Below are positions 29,081 through 38,900 of a DNA stretch of 64,000 bases, in pieces. Each line of letters starts with the position of its first letter. Within the stretch, counting starts at the first letter, position 1. Origin of the DNA: Isosphaeraceae bacterium. GTDB lineage: Bacteria > Planctomycetota > Planctomycetia > Isosphaerales > Isosphaeraceae. The notes beneath the pieces were generated by a model. The model searched no databases, had not been told where the DNA came from, and saw only the letters and a list, made by a program, of their open reading frames with translations. Location: assembly GCA_965201075.1 (NCBI GenBank), contig CBDAVP010000014.1:1-64000 (forward strand), given 5' to 3'. The position numbers and the translations under genes are program-made.

Positions 29081-29548
29081 ATGAGTAGCGTTCTGATCGT
29101 GACTCCCCTGGTCATCGCGGGCTGGCCAATTTTGACGGCAGCGATCTCGGCGGCCGTGGGCACCATGGGTTTTGTCCTGGCGAGGGACGGGGCGCCTCCG
29201 AAGGTTCGGGCTCAGGCGGATGCGGCTCGGAACCGGGCCGTGATTGAGCTGGAGGATAGCGAGATTTTGGCGGGGACCGGCGGCGCTGGGGAGGAGATGG
29301 CGGTGGAGCGAGATGGGATTCGCGCGACCTTTGGCCGGGACGCTCGGGGGGCGTTGAAGCTGTGCGTGGAGGGGCAGGGGTTGTCTCATGGGCAGTTGCA
29401 GCAACTGGGAGCGGAACTGGTGGGACGTGTCACTCAGCAGTATGCCTATCACCGAGTCATCAGCGAGTTGCGCGAACGGCAGATGGATGTCGTCCACGAA
29501 CGCGTAGGCGAGGATCAGGCGATCACGATCCGGGTTCGCAACCGCTGA
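29081..29548 (+). CDS. DUF1257 (Ycf35)-like protein with hydrophobic N-terminus
   Basis: C-term GRVTQQYAYHRV...EDQAITIRVR; position between Ycf46-like and DUF2997 genes. Confidence 0.7.
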   Translation: MSSVLIVTPLVIAGWPILTAAISAAVGTMGFVLARDGAPPKVRAQADAARNRAVIELEDSEILAGTGGAGEEMAVERDGIRATFGRDARGALKLCVEGQGLSHGQLQQLGAELVGRVTQQYAYHRVISELRERQMDVVHERVGEDQAITIRVRNR

Positions 29549-29577
29549 GGGGTCGCCGAACACGGGGGGACGGGTTC

Positions 29578-29790
29578 ATGGCCGATGAGGAGTTGGAGAT
29601 CGAGATCGGGGCCGATGGCCAGGTCACAATTCGGACGATTGGGATCAAGGGGCCTCGTTGCGTGGAGGTGGCCGAGGCGGTGGCGCGGCTGGTGGGCCGC
29701 GAGGAATCTCGGCGGTTGACCGACGAATATTATGAGGCCGAGGTGCGGGCGCATGCCCAATCGCACCTTGAGCAGAAGCTCCGACGCTGA
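29578..29790 (+). CDS. DUF2997 family protein
   Basis: ELEIEIGADGQVTIRTIGIKGPRC...RRLTDEYY. Confidence 0.85.
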   Translation: MADEELEIEIGADGQVTIRTIGIKGPRCVEVAEAVARLVGREESRRLTDEYYEAEVRAHAQSHLEQKLRR

Positions 29791-29803
29791 GGCGGGCCCG
29801 GCG

Positions 29804-30832
29804 ATGCAGTGCGTCAGTTGCCGATTCGAGAATATGCCGGGATTGGCCGCTTGCGGGCGGTGCGGGTCGCCGCTGGCGCTGGATTCGATGGCCATTGACG
29901 TCCATCCGCCTCGGGCGTCGAGGCGGGCCCGGCAGGTTCGGCGTTTGGTTCCGACTCGGGGATATTACCGGGCGCGAGATCTGGCGCGTCGCGAGGTATT
30001 TCCCATTCCCGAGCGGTTCGCGGGAGTCCTTGGCGTGCCGGTTCCCTCGCCAGGGATCGCCGCCCGGTTGGTGGTTCCGGGCTGGGCGCAGATCGTTGCG
30101 GGGCTTCCGTGGCGTGGTTGGGTTTATCTCGGGCTGTTCTTGGGGTTACTCGGACTGGGGCTGTTGAATTGGGGGACGGGCGTTGGGTCGATCGGCATTG
30201 GCCTGGCCTTCAGTGTTCATGCCTCGGCGACGATTGACGCCTTGCTACGCCTGGGCGCGGCACCGGAAACCTCGACGCTGACGACCACGTTGCTGGCCTC
30301 GCTCGCGCTGGGCCTGGTGGTTTATTTGCCGGTCGGGTGGGTGGTGTCGAATGTCGCCGCGACCCGGGAATACGGGTTTTCGGCACCGCCCTTCGAGCGG
30401 TTTGATGTCGTGGTCTTCAACGGGTGGGCCCGCCCCCGGCCGGGAAATGTCGCGCTGTTTCGGCCGGTCAGCGACTCGATGGTCGGACGCGAGGCCCTCG
30501 TGGGCCATGTGCAGCGCGTTTATCAGGAAACCGAGTGCGTCGACCGGATTCTGGGTGCGCCGGGGGACCGGGTGGTCTGGGATCGTGGGACGCTTTCGGT
30601 CAACGGTTCGCCCGTACGGTGGACGCCGCTGGCGCCGAAAGCTCTGCCGGATCATCTGGAAATCGACGTTCCGGCTGACCGCTACCTGATGTTGCCGACG
30701 ACCTCACCCGCCTCGGCCCCGGGCCTCCCGGCGCGGTCGTGGGAGGCGCGTGGCCTGTATCCCGCCGAGGAGATTTTGGGCGGGGCTTACCTGCGTTTGC
30801 GTCCGCTGTCCTGTCCCTGGTTCATCCGCTGA
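29804..30832 (+). CDS. Zinc-ribbon, multi-TM, S26 signal-peptidase-like protein
   Basis: CVSC...CGRC; VPGWAQ and TM segments; DRILGAPGDRV...LSVNG...VPADRYLM. Confidence 0.75.
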   Translation: MQCVSCRFENMPGLAACGRCGSPLALDSMAIDVHPPRASRRARQVRRLVPTRGYYRARDLARREVFPIPERFAGVLGVPVPSPGIAARLVVPGWAQIVAGLPWRGWVYLGLFLGLLGLGLLNWGTGVGSIGIGLAFSVHASATIDALLRLGAAPETSTLTTTLLASLALGLVVYLPVGWVVSNVAATREYGFSAPPFERFDVVVFNGWARPRPGNVALFRPVSDSMVGREALVGHVQRVYQETECVDRILGAPGDRVVWDRGTLSVNGSPVRWTPLAPKALPDHLEIDVPADRYLMLPTTSPASAPGLPARSWEARGLYPAEEILGGAYLRLRPLSCPWFIR

Positions 30833-30844
30833 CGGGGGTCCCCC

Positions 30845-31624
30845 TTGCCTCGATTCGACCGCCTGGAATATGAGCATCCGGAGGATGGCGAAGCCGAGGT
30901 GGCTCCGTCGGTGGGTGACTCGTCGCACGATGAGGAGGAGTGGCTGCGTCGGGCCGATGAGCATCGGCGTCGGGGGCTTTATGAGAATGCGTTGCGGTAT
31001 TATTCGCGGGCACTGGAGTTGAATAAAGCATTGCCGCAGGGTTGGCTGGGTCAGGTGCAAATGCTGGTGTTGCTGGAGGAGTTTCCCGAGGCCGAGCTTT
31101 GGGCACGCAAGTCCCTGGAGATTTTCCGAGGTCATGGGGACTTGATGGCCGGCCGGGCCCAGGCTTTGGCCAGGATCGGCGATCGCGTCAAGGCCGGCGA
31201 GCTTTCCGACGCGGCGTTGAAGCAGGAGGGGCAGTCGGCGTATCGGTGGATGGTTCGGGGGGAATTGCTGGTTGCCGGTCGCGACGGGGTGGACCGCCAT
31301 TGTTTCGACAAGGCGGTGCAGGCCGATCCCGACTGGTTGGTTCCCCTGGAAATTGCGTTGACTTATCTGGCGCACGACCTTCCCGGGCGGGCCCAGACGC
31401 GCGCCCGCCAGGCGGTGGTGGCGGCGCCGGATCAGTTCCATGCCTGGTATGTTTTGGGCCGCTGCGAACAGGCGCAAGGGCTGGACCGCTCGGCCGAGCG
31501 GAGCTTCCGTCGCTGCCTGGAGCTTTCGCCCAACCATATTGAGGCGGAGCGCCGCCTTGCCGAGCTGGCCGAGCCGGGCTGGTCGTTGACGAGAGGCCTG
31601 CGCCGCCTGCTGGGCCGCGGCTGA
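30845..31624 (+). CDS. Tetratricopeptide repeat protein
   Basis: ALRYYSRALELN; CFDKAVQADP; FRRCLELSPNH. Confidence 0.88.
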   Translation: MPRFDRLEYEHPEDGEAEVAPSVGDSSHDEEEWLRRADEHRRRGLYENALRYYSRALELNKALPQGWLGQVQMLVLLEEFPEAELWARKSLEIFRGHGDLMAGRAQALARIGDRVKAGELSDAALKQEGQSAYRWMVRGELLVAGRDGVDRHCFDKAVQADPDWLVPLEIALTYLAHDLPGRAQTRARQAVVAAPDQFHAWYVLGRCEQAQGLDRSAERSFRRCLELSPNHIEAERRLAELAEPGWSLTRGLRRLLGRG

Positions 31625-31664
31625 GTTCTCTGTTCCTCCCCTCACCACCGCCCCGGACCCGACG

Positions 31665-32744
31665 ATGACGTGGACGCTCGACAAGATCTTGAAGGGGGCC
31701 CGGCGTCACGGAGCCAGTGACGTTCACCTGATTCGGGGGATCACGCCGGCGTTTCGCGTGGGCGGCGAGATTCGCCTGATCGAGGGGGAGCCACTGGACG
31801 AGGCGGCGCTGAGCTCGATGATCGATGGGCTTTTGACGGAGAAGCATCGCGAGATTTTGGAGCGCGACTGGCAGCTTTGCTTCTCCCGGCACTGGCCCGA
31901 GGTTGGCCGCTTTCGGGCGAGCATTTACCTGCATGCCGGGGTGCGGGAGATGGCGATTCGCCTTTGCGAGCTGGCGATTCGTCCCCGAGAGCAGCTTGGC
32001 CTGCCGACGATCGTCGACGAGCTGGCGAGGCTTCCCAACGGGCTGGTGCTGGTGACCGGGGCGACCGGCAATGGCAAGACGACGACGCTGAATTACATTG
32101 TCGACCTGATTAACCGAGAGCGCCGGGCCAAGATCGTGACGATCGAGGACCCGGTGGAGTTCGTCCATACGAATCGGTCGAGCATCATCGTGCAGCAGGA
32201 GGTTTACACGGATGTTCCCTCGTTCCGCCAGGCCTTGACGCATGTTTTGCGGCAGGACCCCGATGTTGTGGTCATTGGCGAGATGCGCGACCTGGAAACC
32301 GTGGCCACGGCGTTGACGGCCGCCGAAACTGGCCACCTGGTACTGGCGACGTTGCACACGCCCGACGCCGTGCAGACGATTCAGCGCGTCCTGAGCGTGT
32401 TTCCTCACGAGCAGCAGGCCAACATGATGTATCAGTTGGCCAACTCGCTCCAGGCGATCTTGGCGCAGAGGCTTTTGCCGGCCGCCGATGGAGTGGGTCG
32501 TCGCCTGGCGTGCGAGGTTTGCATCGCCACGTCGGCCATCCGTAAGCGGATTCGCGAGGGGGAGCATCACCTCATTTACAGCGAGATCCAGATGGGGCGA
32601 AAGCATCAGATGCAGACGATGGATCATGTTTTGCTGGATTACTATCAGCGCGGAGAGATTTCCTACGACATCGCCCTGTCCAACGCTCGCGAGCCCGAGG
32701 CGATCCGCCAGCGCTTCTCCGGCCCGGCCCGCGCGGGTTCCTGA
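31665..32744 (+). CDS. pilT: PilT/PilU-family type IV pilus retraction ATPase
   Basis: ASDVHL; GATGNGKTTT; TIEDPVEF; LRQDPDVVVIGEMRD; GHLVLATLHT; AIRKRIRE. Confidence 0.92.
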   Translation: MTWTLDKILKGARRHGASDVHLIRGITPAFRVGGEIRLIEGEPLDEAALSSMIDGLLTEKHREILERDWQLCFSRHWPEVGRFRASIYLHAGVREMAIRLCELAIRPREQLGLPTIVDELARLPNGLVLVTGATGNGKTTTLNYIVDLINRERRAKIVTIEDPVEFVHTNRSSIIVQQEVYTDVPSFRQALTHVLRQDPDVVVIGEMRDLETVATALTAAETGHLVLATLHTPDAVQTIQRVLSVFPHEQQANMMYQLANSLQAILAQRLLPAADGVGRRLACEVCIATSAIRKRIREGEHHLIYSEIQMGRKHQMQTMDHVLLDYYQRGEISYDIALSNAREPEAIRQRFSGPARAGS

Positions 32745-32785
32745 TTGGTGAGGGGCCGCGAGCCTTGGGGGGGTCCGGCGGGGGT

Positions 32786-34690
32786 TCAGGTGAGGAAGTG
32801 ATAGTCTCGATAGCGGCTGGGGGCGGAGCCGGCGTCTTCCCAGGTGTAGCCGTAACTGCCGTGGTGCCAGAGGCGGAACGAGGCGTCGGCCAGGGGGGTG
32901 ACGCCGATTTGCGAGAGGCGGTGACTGAAGGCCCAGTCTTCCCCCAGGTAGTGGTGCCCGTCGGGGTGGGGCACGACGACCGGCTGGAAGAAGGGCCAGA
33001 CGCCGCGACCCCACTTGAGGTTGCAGTGGGGAAGGGCGAGTTCGTCGATCATGCGTTGGAGGACCTCGGCGCGGATGCGGAGGAAGCCGGTGGCGGCGTA
33101 CAGGAGGGGATAGGCCCCCGGGGAGTTCGGGCCCAGGTGGATCGGTCCGAGGTCCGGGGCGAAGGTGCTGGCCAGGGCTCGGTTCTTTTTCTTGGCGTAG
33201 AGGCCCGAGATGACCGGCTCGGGCCGGGCCAGGAGCCGGAAGGCGTCGGCCGGGTCGAAGCCGATGTCGGCGTCGATGAAGAGGATCGACGAGGCGCCGT
33301 CCTGAAATGCGTCGGAGGCCATCTCGTTGCGGGCGACGTCGATCTGGGAGCAGCCCCGGCGGCGGTCGACGCGGAGACCCTGGCGCTCAAGCTGGCGGAG
33401 GGCGTCCTCGCACTCGGGCTCGATGCCGTTGAGGTTGGGGACGAGCACGACGGCGGTGGAGCGCCTGGGCGGAACGGCCGGGGGCGAGAGGGTAGAGCCG
33501 AGGGCGCTAAACGTGGCGGCGAGACGGTCAGCGCAGGCCTCGGCCGTCCAGGCTTGCGAACGGTCCCGGGCAAGGCTTTGGTGGGATTCGGCGGCTTCGG
33601 TATCGTCCCAGAGGCGGAGGATCGCCTCGACCCAGGGGGCGACTTCCTCGGCGTTGGGGAGGGTGGGGGTCGCCGGGGTGAGGCGGTCGGGCAGGGGGAG
33701 GACGATTCCGGCGGGCCCCAGGGTTTCGGGGAGGCTGCCGCGGTTGGAGGCGACGACCGGGACGCCGTTGAGCAGAGCGGCGACGGCCAGGTCGGGACTC
33801 GCGGCCCAGTCGAGGCTGGGCAGAACGGCCAGGCGGGTCCGCGCCCAGGCGACTTTGGGGTCGGACGGGGGCGACATCACGTCGATGGTCCCCAGGGTGC
33901 TGAGGTCGCCGCCGCAACCGTTGAGCGCGGCGGCCTCGTGGGGACTGGCGACGACCAGGATGCGGATGTCGGGACGGCGTTGGCCAAGTTCGGTGGCAAT
34001 TCGGGCGAAGGGGAGGAGGCCGCCTCGGCGGGTTGGGTCGAGGAAGGTCAGGTAATCGGCCTGACGATGGGTTGCCCGGACGCGGTCGAGGTTGGGCGGG
34101 TCGGGGACGACGGTGGCGGGCCTGCCGGTAAGCTCGTGGAGGTAGTCGGCGGCGAAACGCGACGTGGCCAGCAGGGTGTCGGCCAGGGGCGCCGGGGTCG
34201 GGTCGAAGCGGTCGCAGTCGCGGACGCGTAGCGCCGTCGCGATTCCGGCGGCCCGCCCGCGTCGCAGGATTTCGGCGGCTCGGGGGTCGTCGCCGCGGGC
34301 CATCAGGAGGTCGGGGCGGTCGTGGGCGAGGGCCGCGTCGAGTTGGCGCAGGAATGCCGATTCGGCGTCGGCGTCGGCGTCGGGGACGGGAGGAGTGGCC
34401 GACCCCGGAGGGCGGAGGGCCAGGTGGACGCGGACGGCGTTCCGGGTAAGGCGTACTGTTGGGAGCGACGGAGCTTCGGCGGGGGCGGGGATCGGTCCGC
34501 AGGCCAGGCCCGTTGCCTTGAAGGCGGCGATGAACTCGTCGACGCCGCCCGGCCCCGTCGTCGAGAGGCCGCGGACTTCGACGCGGAACCCCCGGCTGGC
34601 CAGCGTCTCCAGCAGGACGAGGTCGGCGGAGGCGGACGAGTCGGCGGGGTCGAGGGGGTCGCCGGGGGCGACAAGGAGGAGGCGTCGCAC
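32786..34690 (-). CDS. Bifunctional glycosyltransferase (GT4-like plus GT-A domain)
   Basis: NGVPVVASNRGSLPE; second domain IDVARN...FIDADIGF...YLGEDWAF. Confidence 0.85.
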   Translation of the reverse strand: MRRLLLVAPGDPLDPADSSASADLVLLETLASRGFRVEVRGLSTTGPGGVDEFIAAFKATGLACGPIPAPAEAPSLPTVRLTRNAVRVHLALRPPGSATPPVPDADADAESAFLRQLDAALAHDRPDLLMARGDDPRAAEILRRGRAAGIATALRVRDCDRFDPTPAPLADTLLATSRFAADYLHELTGRPATVVPDPPNLDRVRATHRQADYLTFLDPTRRGGLLPFARIATELGQRRPDIRILVVASPHEAAALNGCGGDLSTLGTIDVMSPPSDPKVAWARTRLAVLPSLDWAASPDLAVAALLNGVPVVASNRGSLPETLGPAGIVLPLPDRLTPATPTLPNAEEVAPWVEAILRLWDDTEAAESHQSLARDRSQAWTAEACADRLAATFSALGSTLSPPAVPPRRSTAVVLVPNLNGIEPECEDALRQLERQGLRVDRRRGCSQIDVARNEMASDAFQDGASSILFIDADIGFDPADAFRLLARPEPVISGLYAKKKNRALASTFAPDLGPIHLGPNSPGAYPLLYAATGFLRIRAEVLQRMIDELALPHCNLKWGRGVWPFFQPVVVPHPDGHHYLGEDWAFSHRLSQIGVTPLADASFRLWHHGSYGYTWEDAGSAPSRYRDYHFLT

Positions 34691-34733
34691 TTTGGGGAGT
34701 CTTCCTTGAAGAGAACGGCCAACGGTGGGGCCG

Positions 34734-35459
34734 CTAGGCCGGGATGCGGCCGGGCGTGGGGCCCGCCCAGTGGAGCAGGTCTTCGAGGGCGGCCTCGACG
34801 TTTGGCTTTGCGTTGGGGGGGACCGGCTGGCCCAGCCCTTCGTAGTGGGACCGGTAGATGGTTCGGTAAGCCACGGTGGGGCGTGCTCGGTGGGCTCGGC
34901 GGATGTCGCGGGCGACGATGGCTTGCCAGAAAACGCGGTCGCTGCCCTGGTGGAGATTGGGGGGCATCAGGGCCCAGATCGGCAGGAGGCCGAACGCCTC
35001 GCGAGTCAGGAAGAAGCAACTGGTGTCGACGTGGGTCTTGCCGTCGGAGTCGTGGCGGTCAATGGCCAGGAAGGAGCCGTCGGGGCGGTGGAGGGTGCGG
35101 CCGGAGGTGCAGACCGGGGCTCCGGTGATCTGGTGGACCTCGATCATCGAGGCGATGTGGCCGGGGGCGTACCAGTTGTCGGCGTCGAGGAAGGCGACGG
35201 CGTCGTAACCCTCGTTGCGGGCGGCCAGGGCGCCGAGGCCCCGGGCGGTGTTGCCGAAGTCGCCGTGGGCGCGCGGCAGGATGAAATGCTGTGCCGGCCA
35301 GGTGGCCACGTCCGGTTGGGGATGGCCGTCGGCGACCAAAAAATGGTCGCAGGGGACCGTTTGCGACCGGACGCTTTCGTGGCACTGGCGGATCTGCTCG
35401 ATCGGTTCGCGGTGGTAAGGCGTGATGACCGCGACACGCCAGGACGTGATCCCTTCCAT
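34734..35459 (-). CDS. Glycosyltransferase family 2
   Basis: VAVITPYH; VAFLDADNWY; HVDTSC. Confidence 0.88.
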   Translation of the reverse strand: MEGITSWRVAVITPYHREPIEQIRQCHESVRSQTVPCDHFLVADGHPQPDVATWPAQHFILPRAHGDFGNTARGLGALAARNEGYDAVAFLDADNWYAPGHIASMIEVHQITGAPVCTSGRTLHRPDGSFLAIDRHDSDGKTHVDTSCFFLTREAFGLLPIWALMPPNLHQGSDRVFWQAIVARDIRRAHRARPTVAYRTIYRSHYEGLGQPVPPNAKPNVEAALEDLLHWAGPTPGRIPA

Positions 35460-35949
35460 CGGCATCCTCCGCTGCCATCGACGCGACCCGGGTCGCACAT
35501 TCCCCAAAGGAACCGTAAGCGATGGAAGGGGGCGGGGCAACTCGGTTTACGGAGGCGGGGCGACGGGCGGGTTCCGGAGGCTTCGGAGGGCGGACCCGGG
35601 GCCAATTCCCGCGAAAACGCGTGCAAGCAGTTCTCGTCGTAGGGATTGGTGTTCTATCAACAGTTGGTAAGAGGCGCACTCGGCGCGGATTGAGTCGCGT
35701 CGGTGGGAGCCCCCGAGTCGTGCCGGGGGGGAATCCCGAAGGGGAACGGGACCGGGGACGACCCGGCGGTGTTCGGTCCCCGCGCTGATCCGGATCAATT
35801 GACAGGTTTCCAGGGCCTTCTCCCGGCCGACGAGGTCGTCCCGGGGGTCGGTCAGGGATGAAGCGGCGAAACCGGCCCGAGCGGATCGCGTGGACGACCC
35901 GGGCGAAGGCTCAACAAGGATTTCCAAGGCCCCAGTGGATCGCAACATC

Positions 35950-38900
35950 ATGAACTCGGACGAGCTGAAGTCGGGCGGTGGCCGGAGGGACGCGGGACGT
36001 CGGGCGCGTCGGGCCAAGACTCTGCTACGAATGGAGCGGCTGGAAGCCCGGAAGCTGCCGGCCAGCGTCATCACGATCGCCACGGGCGGGTCGAACAGCA
36101 TCCCCGCCGGGGCGTCGGACTTCTCCGACAGCGGAACATACACGATTGATCCCTCGGCGCTGACGGGGGCAGGGACGGCCATCTCCCTGAAGGCGACGAC
36201 CTCGATCACCTTCACCAACGCGGCGACGAGCGTCCCGGTCGACTTCACGGCGACCTCGCATGGCAAACTGGTGGTCAACGCCGACATCTCGACGGCCACG
36301 GGGAAGAACCTCACGCTGGTGGGCGACAACTCCAGCACGACCGGCTCGGTCCACCAGAACGGCGTGACGGTGACCTCGGCCACGGTCACCGCGGGCGGGA
36401 ACCTGTCGGTGACGGGGGCTGGCTACACGAACTCGAACAGCGTGGGGACCTACGCGGGCGTGTTCCTGACCGGCGGCGTGCTGACGACCTCGGGGACTGG
36501 GACCGTCGGCGTGACCGGGTCAATGACCACCGTCGGCTACGGGTTCAACGTCGGCGTGGACGTGTCCGATGCGACTTCGAGCATCAACTCGGGCGGCGGG
36601 AACGTCACGGTCACCGGCACGAGCAAGGGGACCGGCAGCGACAACGGGTATGACATCGGCGTCAACGTCAACGACGGGACGATCAGCGCTGGGGGCTCGG
36701 GCACGGTCACGGTGACCGGCACCGGGGGCAACGGTGGGTTCATCAACAACCAGGGCGTGCTGTTGCAGGGGACCGGCCAGGTCAAGTCCTCGGGCGGCAA
36801 CGTGGCGGTGACGGGGACCGGCGGCGGGTCGGCGACGTCGTCGCAGGGCATCGGCGTGTCGGTGCTCTCGGGTACGGTGATCACGGCCGGGGGTTCCGGC
36901 ACCGTGACCGTGCAGGGGACCGGCAGTAACGGCTCGGGCAACGACGACGGCGTGTATGTTGTCGGGACCATTACCTCGGGCGGGGGGAACGTGTCGGTCA
37001 CCGGCCAAGGTGGCGGCGCGAATAGCACCAACGCGATCGAGGTTGGCGTCCTGGTCAACAACGGGACGATCGGCGCCACCGGCTCCGGCGGCACGACGGT
37101 GATGGGGACCGGCGGCCACGGCGGTTATGGCTACAACGACGGCGTGCGGGTCTCCGGGGGCGTGATTTCCTCGCTCAACGGTCCGGTCACGGTCACCGGC
37201 CAGGGCGGGGGCCGAACCGGTGATGGCGGATTCGACCAGGGCGTGCACCTGCTGTTCTCCGGCCAGATCACCTCGGGCGGCAGCGGTTCGGTGACGGTGG
37301 CCGGCACCGGGGGGGCGTTCGGCGGCGCCGGCAACGTGGGCGTGGAGCTGGAAGGGTACACCAGTTACAGCAGCGGCTCGGGTTCGGGATCCGGGTCGGG
37401 CTCGGGTTCCGGTTCGGGTTCGGGTTCGGGCTCGTCGAGCTCGGCGATCGTCGTGGCGCCGGCCGACCTGATCCCGATCTATACCGAGATCTCTGCCAAC
37501 GGCGGCGACATCAGCGTCACGGGGACCGGCGGCGGCCTGGGTAGCAGCAACACCTCGGTCCGCAACTACGGCGTGGACCTGAACAATGGCGGCCTGATTA
37601 CCCCACTGGGCAGCACGGTCGGGGCCGTGAGCGTCACGGGCACCGGCGGCGTGGGCAAGGGCGGTCTGTCGGTCGGCGTCCACCTGACCGATGCCGACAC
37701 GGCCATCCGATCCAACTCCGGCGCCCTGACGGTCAACGGGCACGGAGGCGGGCAGTCCAACGACGGCGGCGGGGACGACGGCGTCGATGTGTTGGCCAGC
37801 GCTGGGATCAATACCACGTCGGGCACCCTGTCGGTGACCGGGACCGGCGGGACGGGCTCGGCCCATAACGTGGGTGTGCTGGTGCAGGGTTCCGGGTCGG
37901 GCTCGGGGTCGGGCTCGATTGTCCCGAGCCTTGGGGTTTTCGACTCGTCGATCGTTTCGTTCAGCGGGGACATCACGGTCAACGGCACTGGCGGCGGGGC
38001 CCTGTTGCAGACGGGCGTCGGCAACCATGGGGTGTCGGTGACCGAGGGCGGCGTGATCGGGGGCATGACCACCAACGCGGTGACGGTCAACGGGACCGGC
38101 GGGCCCAACGGCCAGGGCAGTGGGTATGGGGTGGACGTGGAGTCGGCCGGGATCGGCACGACGGACGGCGACCTTTCCGTGATCGGGCACGGCGGCGGCC
38201 CGAGCAGCGTCTCGGGCAACGGCTACACCAATGGCTACGGGGTGTTTGTCGGTGGGGGCGGGTTCGTCGGCACGCAGGGACTCGGCGACACGCTGGTCCA
38301 GGGCTTTGGCGGCGGGGGCGTCAGCGGGGCCGACGGCGTGGTCGCCGATGGGTTCGGAACCATCCTGGGCTCCTCTGGGGGCAACCTCCGTGTCGAGGGG
38401 ACCGGCGGCGGGATCAACGGCGGCACCGGGGGCAACCACGGCGTGGTCGTGTCCGGCGGGGCGCTGATGGGCACCAACGACGACGGCACCACGACGGTCG
38501 TCGGCCTGGGCGGTCAGGGCAATGGCGGCAGTTTTGGCGTGGACGTGAATGGCGGCGTGATCACTTCCGGCGGCCTGGGCGAGGTGTTGGTGGCGGGGTC
38601 CGGCGGCGCCGGGACCGGCGGGGCGGGTGTCGAGGTTGAAGGTGGGGGGGGAATCACTGGTGGCCCCAACGCCCCGGTGATGGTGGTGGGCGACAGCAAC
38701 ACGGTCATCGGCCTGCTGCTGAACGGGGCGACGCAGGAGCCCCCGACTCGGGTGACCGGCTCGGCCATTGGCGTGGTGGTGAAGGGTTCGGCCTCCGGCA
38801 TCACCTCCGGCGGCGGCAACATCACCGTCGACGGCACCGGGGTTGGATCGACCGGGGACAGCGGCGGCGACTACGGCGTGTTCGTCGGCGAGGGCGCTGG

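Noticed and set aside
35850..35920. c-di-GMP-I riboswitch upstream of the giant surface protein
   Set aside because: Only a loose GGCGAAACC...GGACG resemblance; the GCAAAGCC segment and second stem were not found
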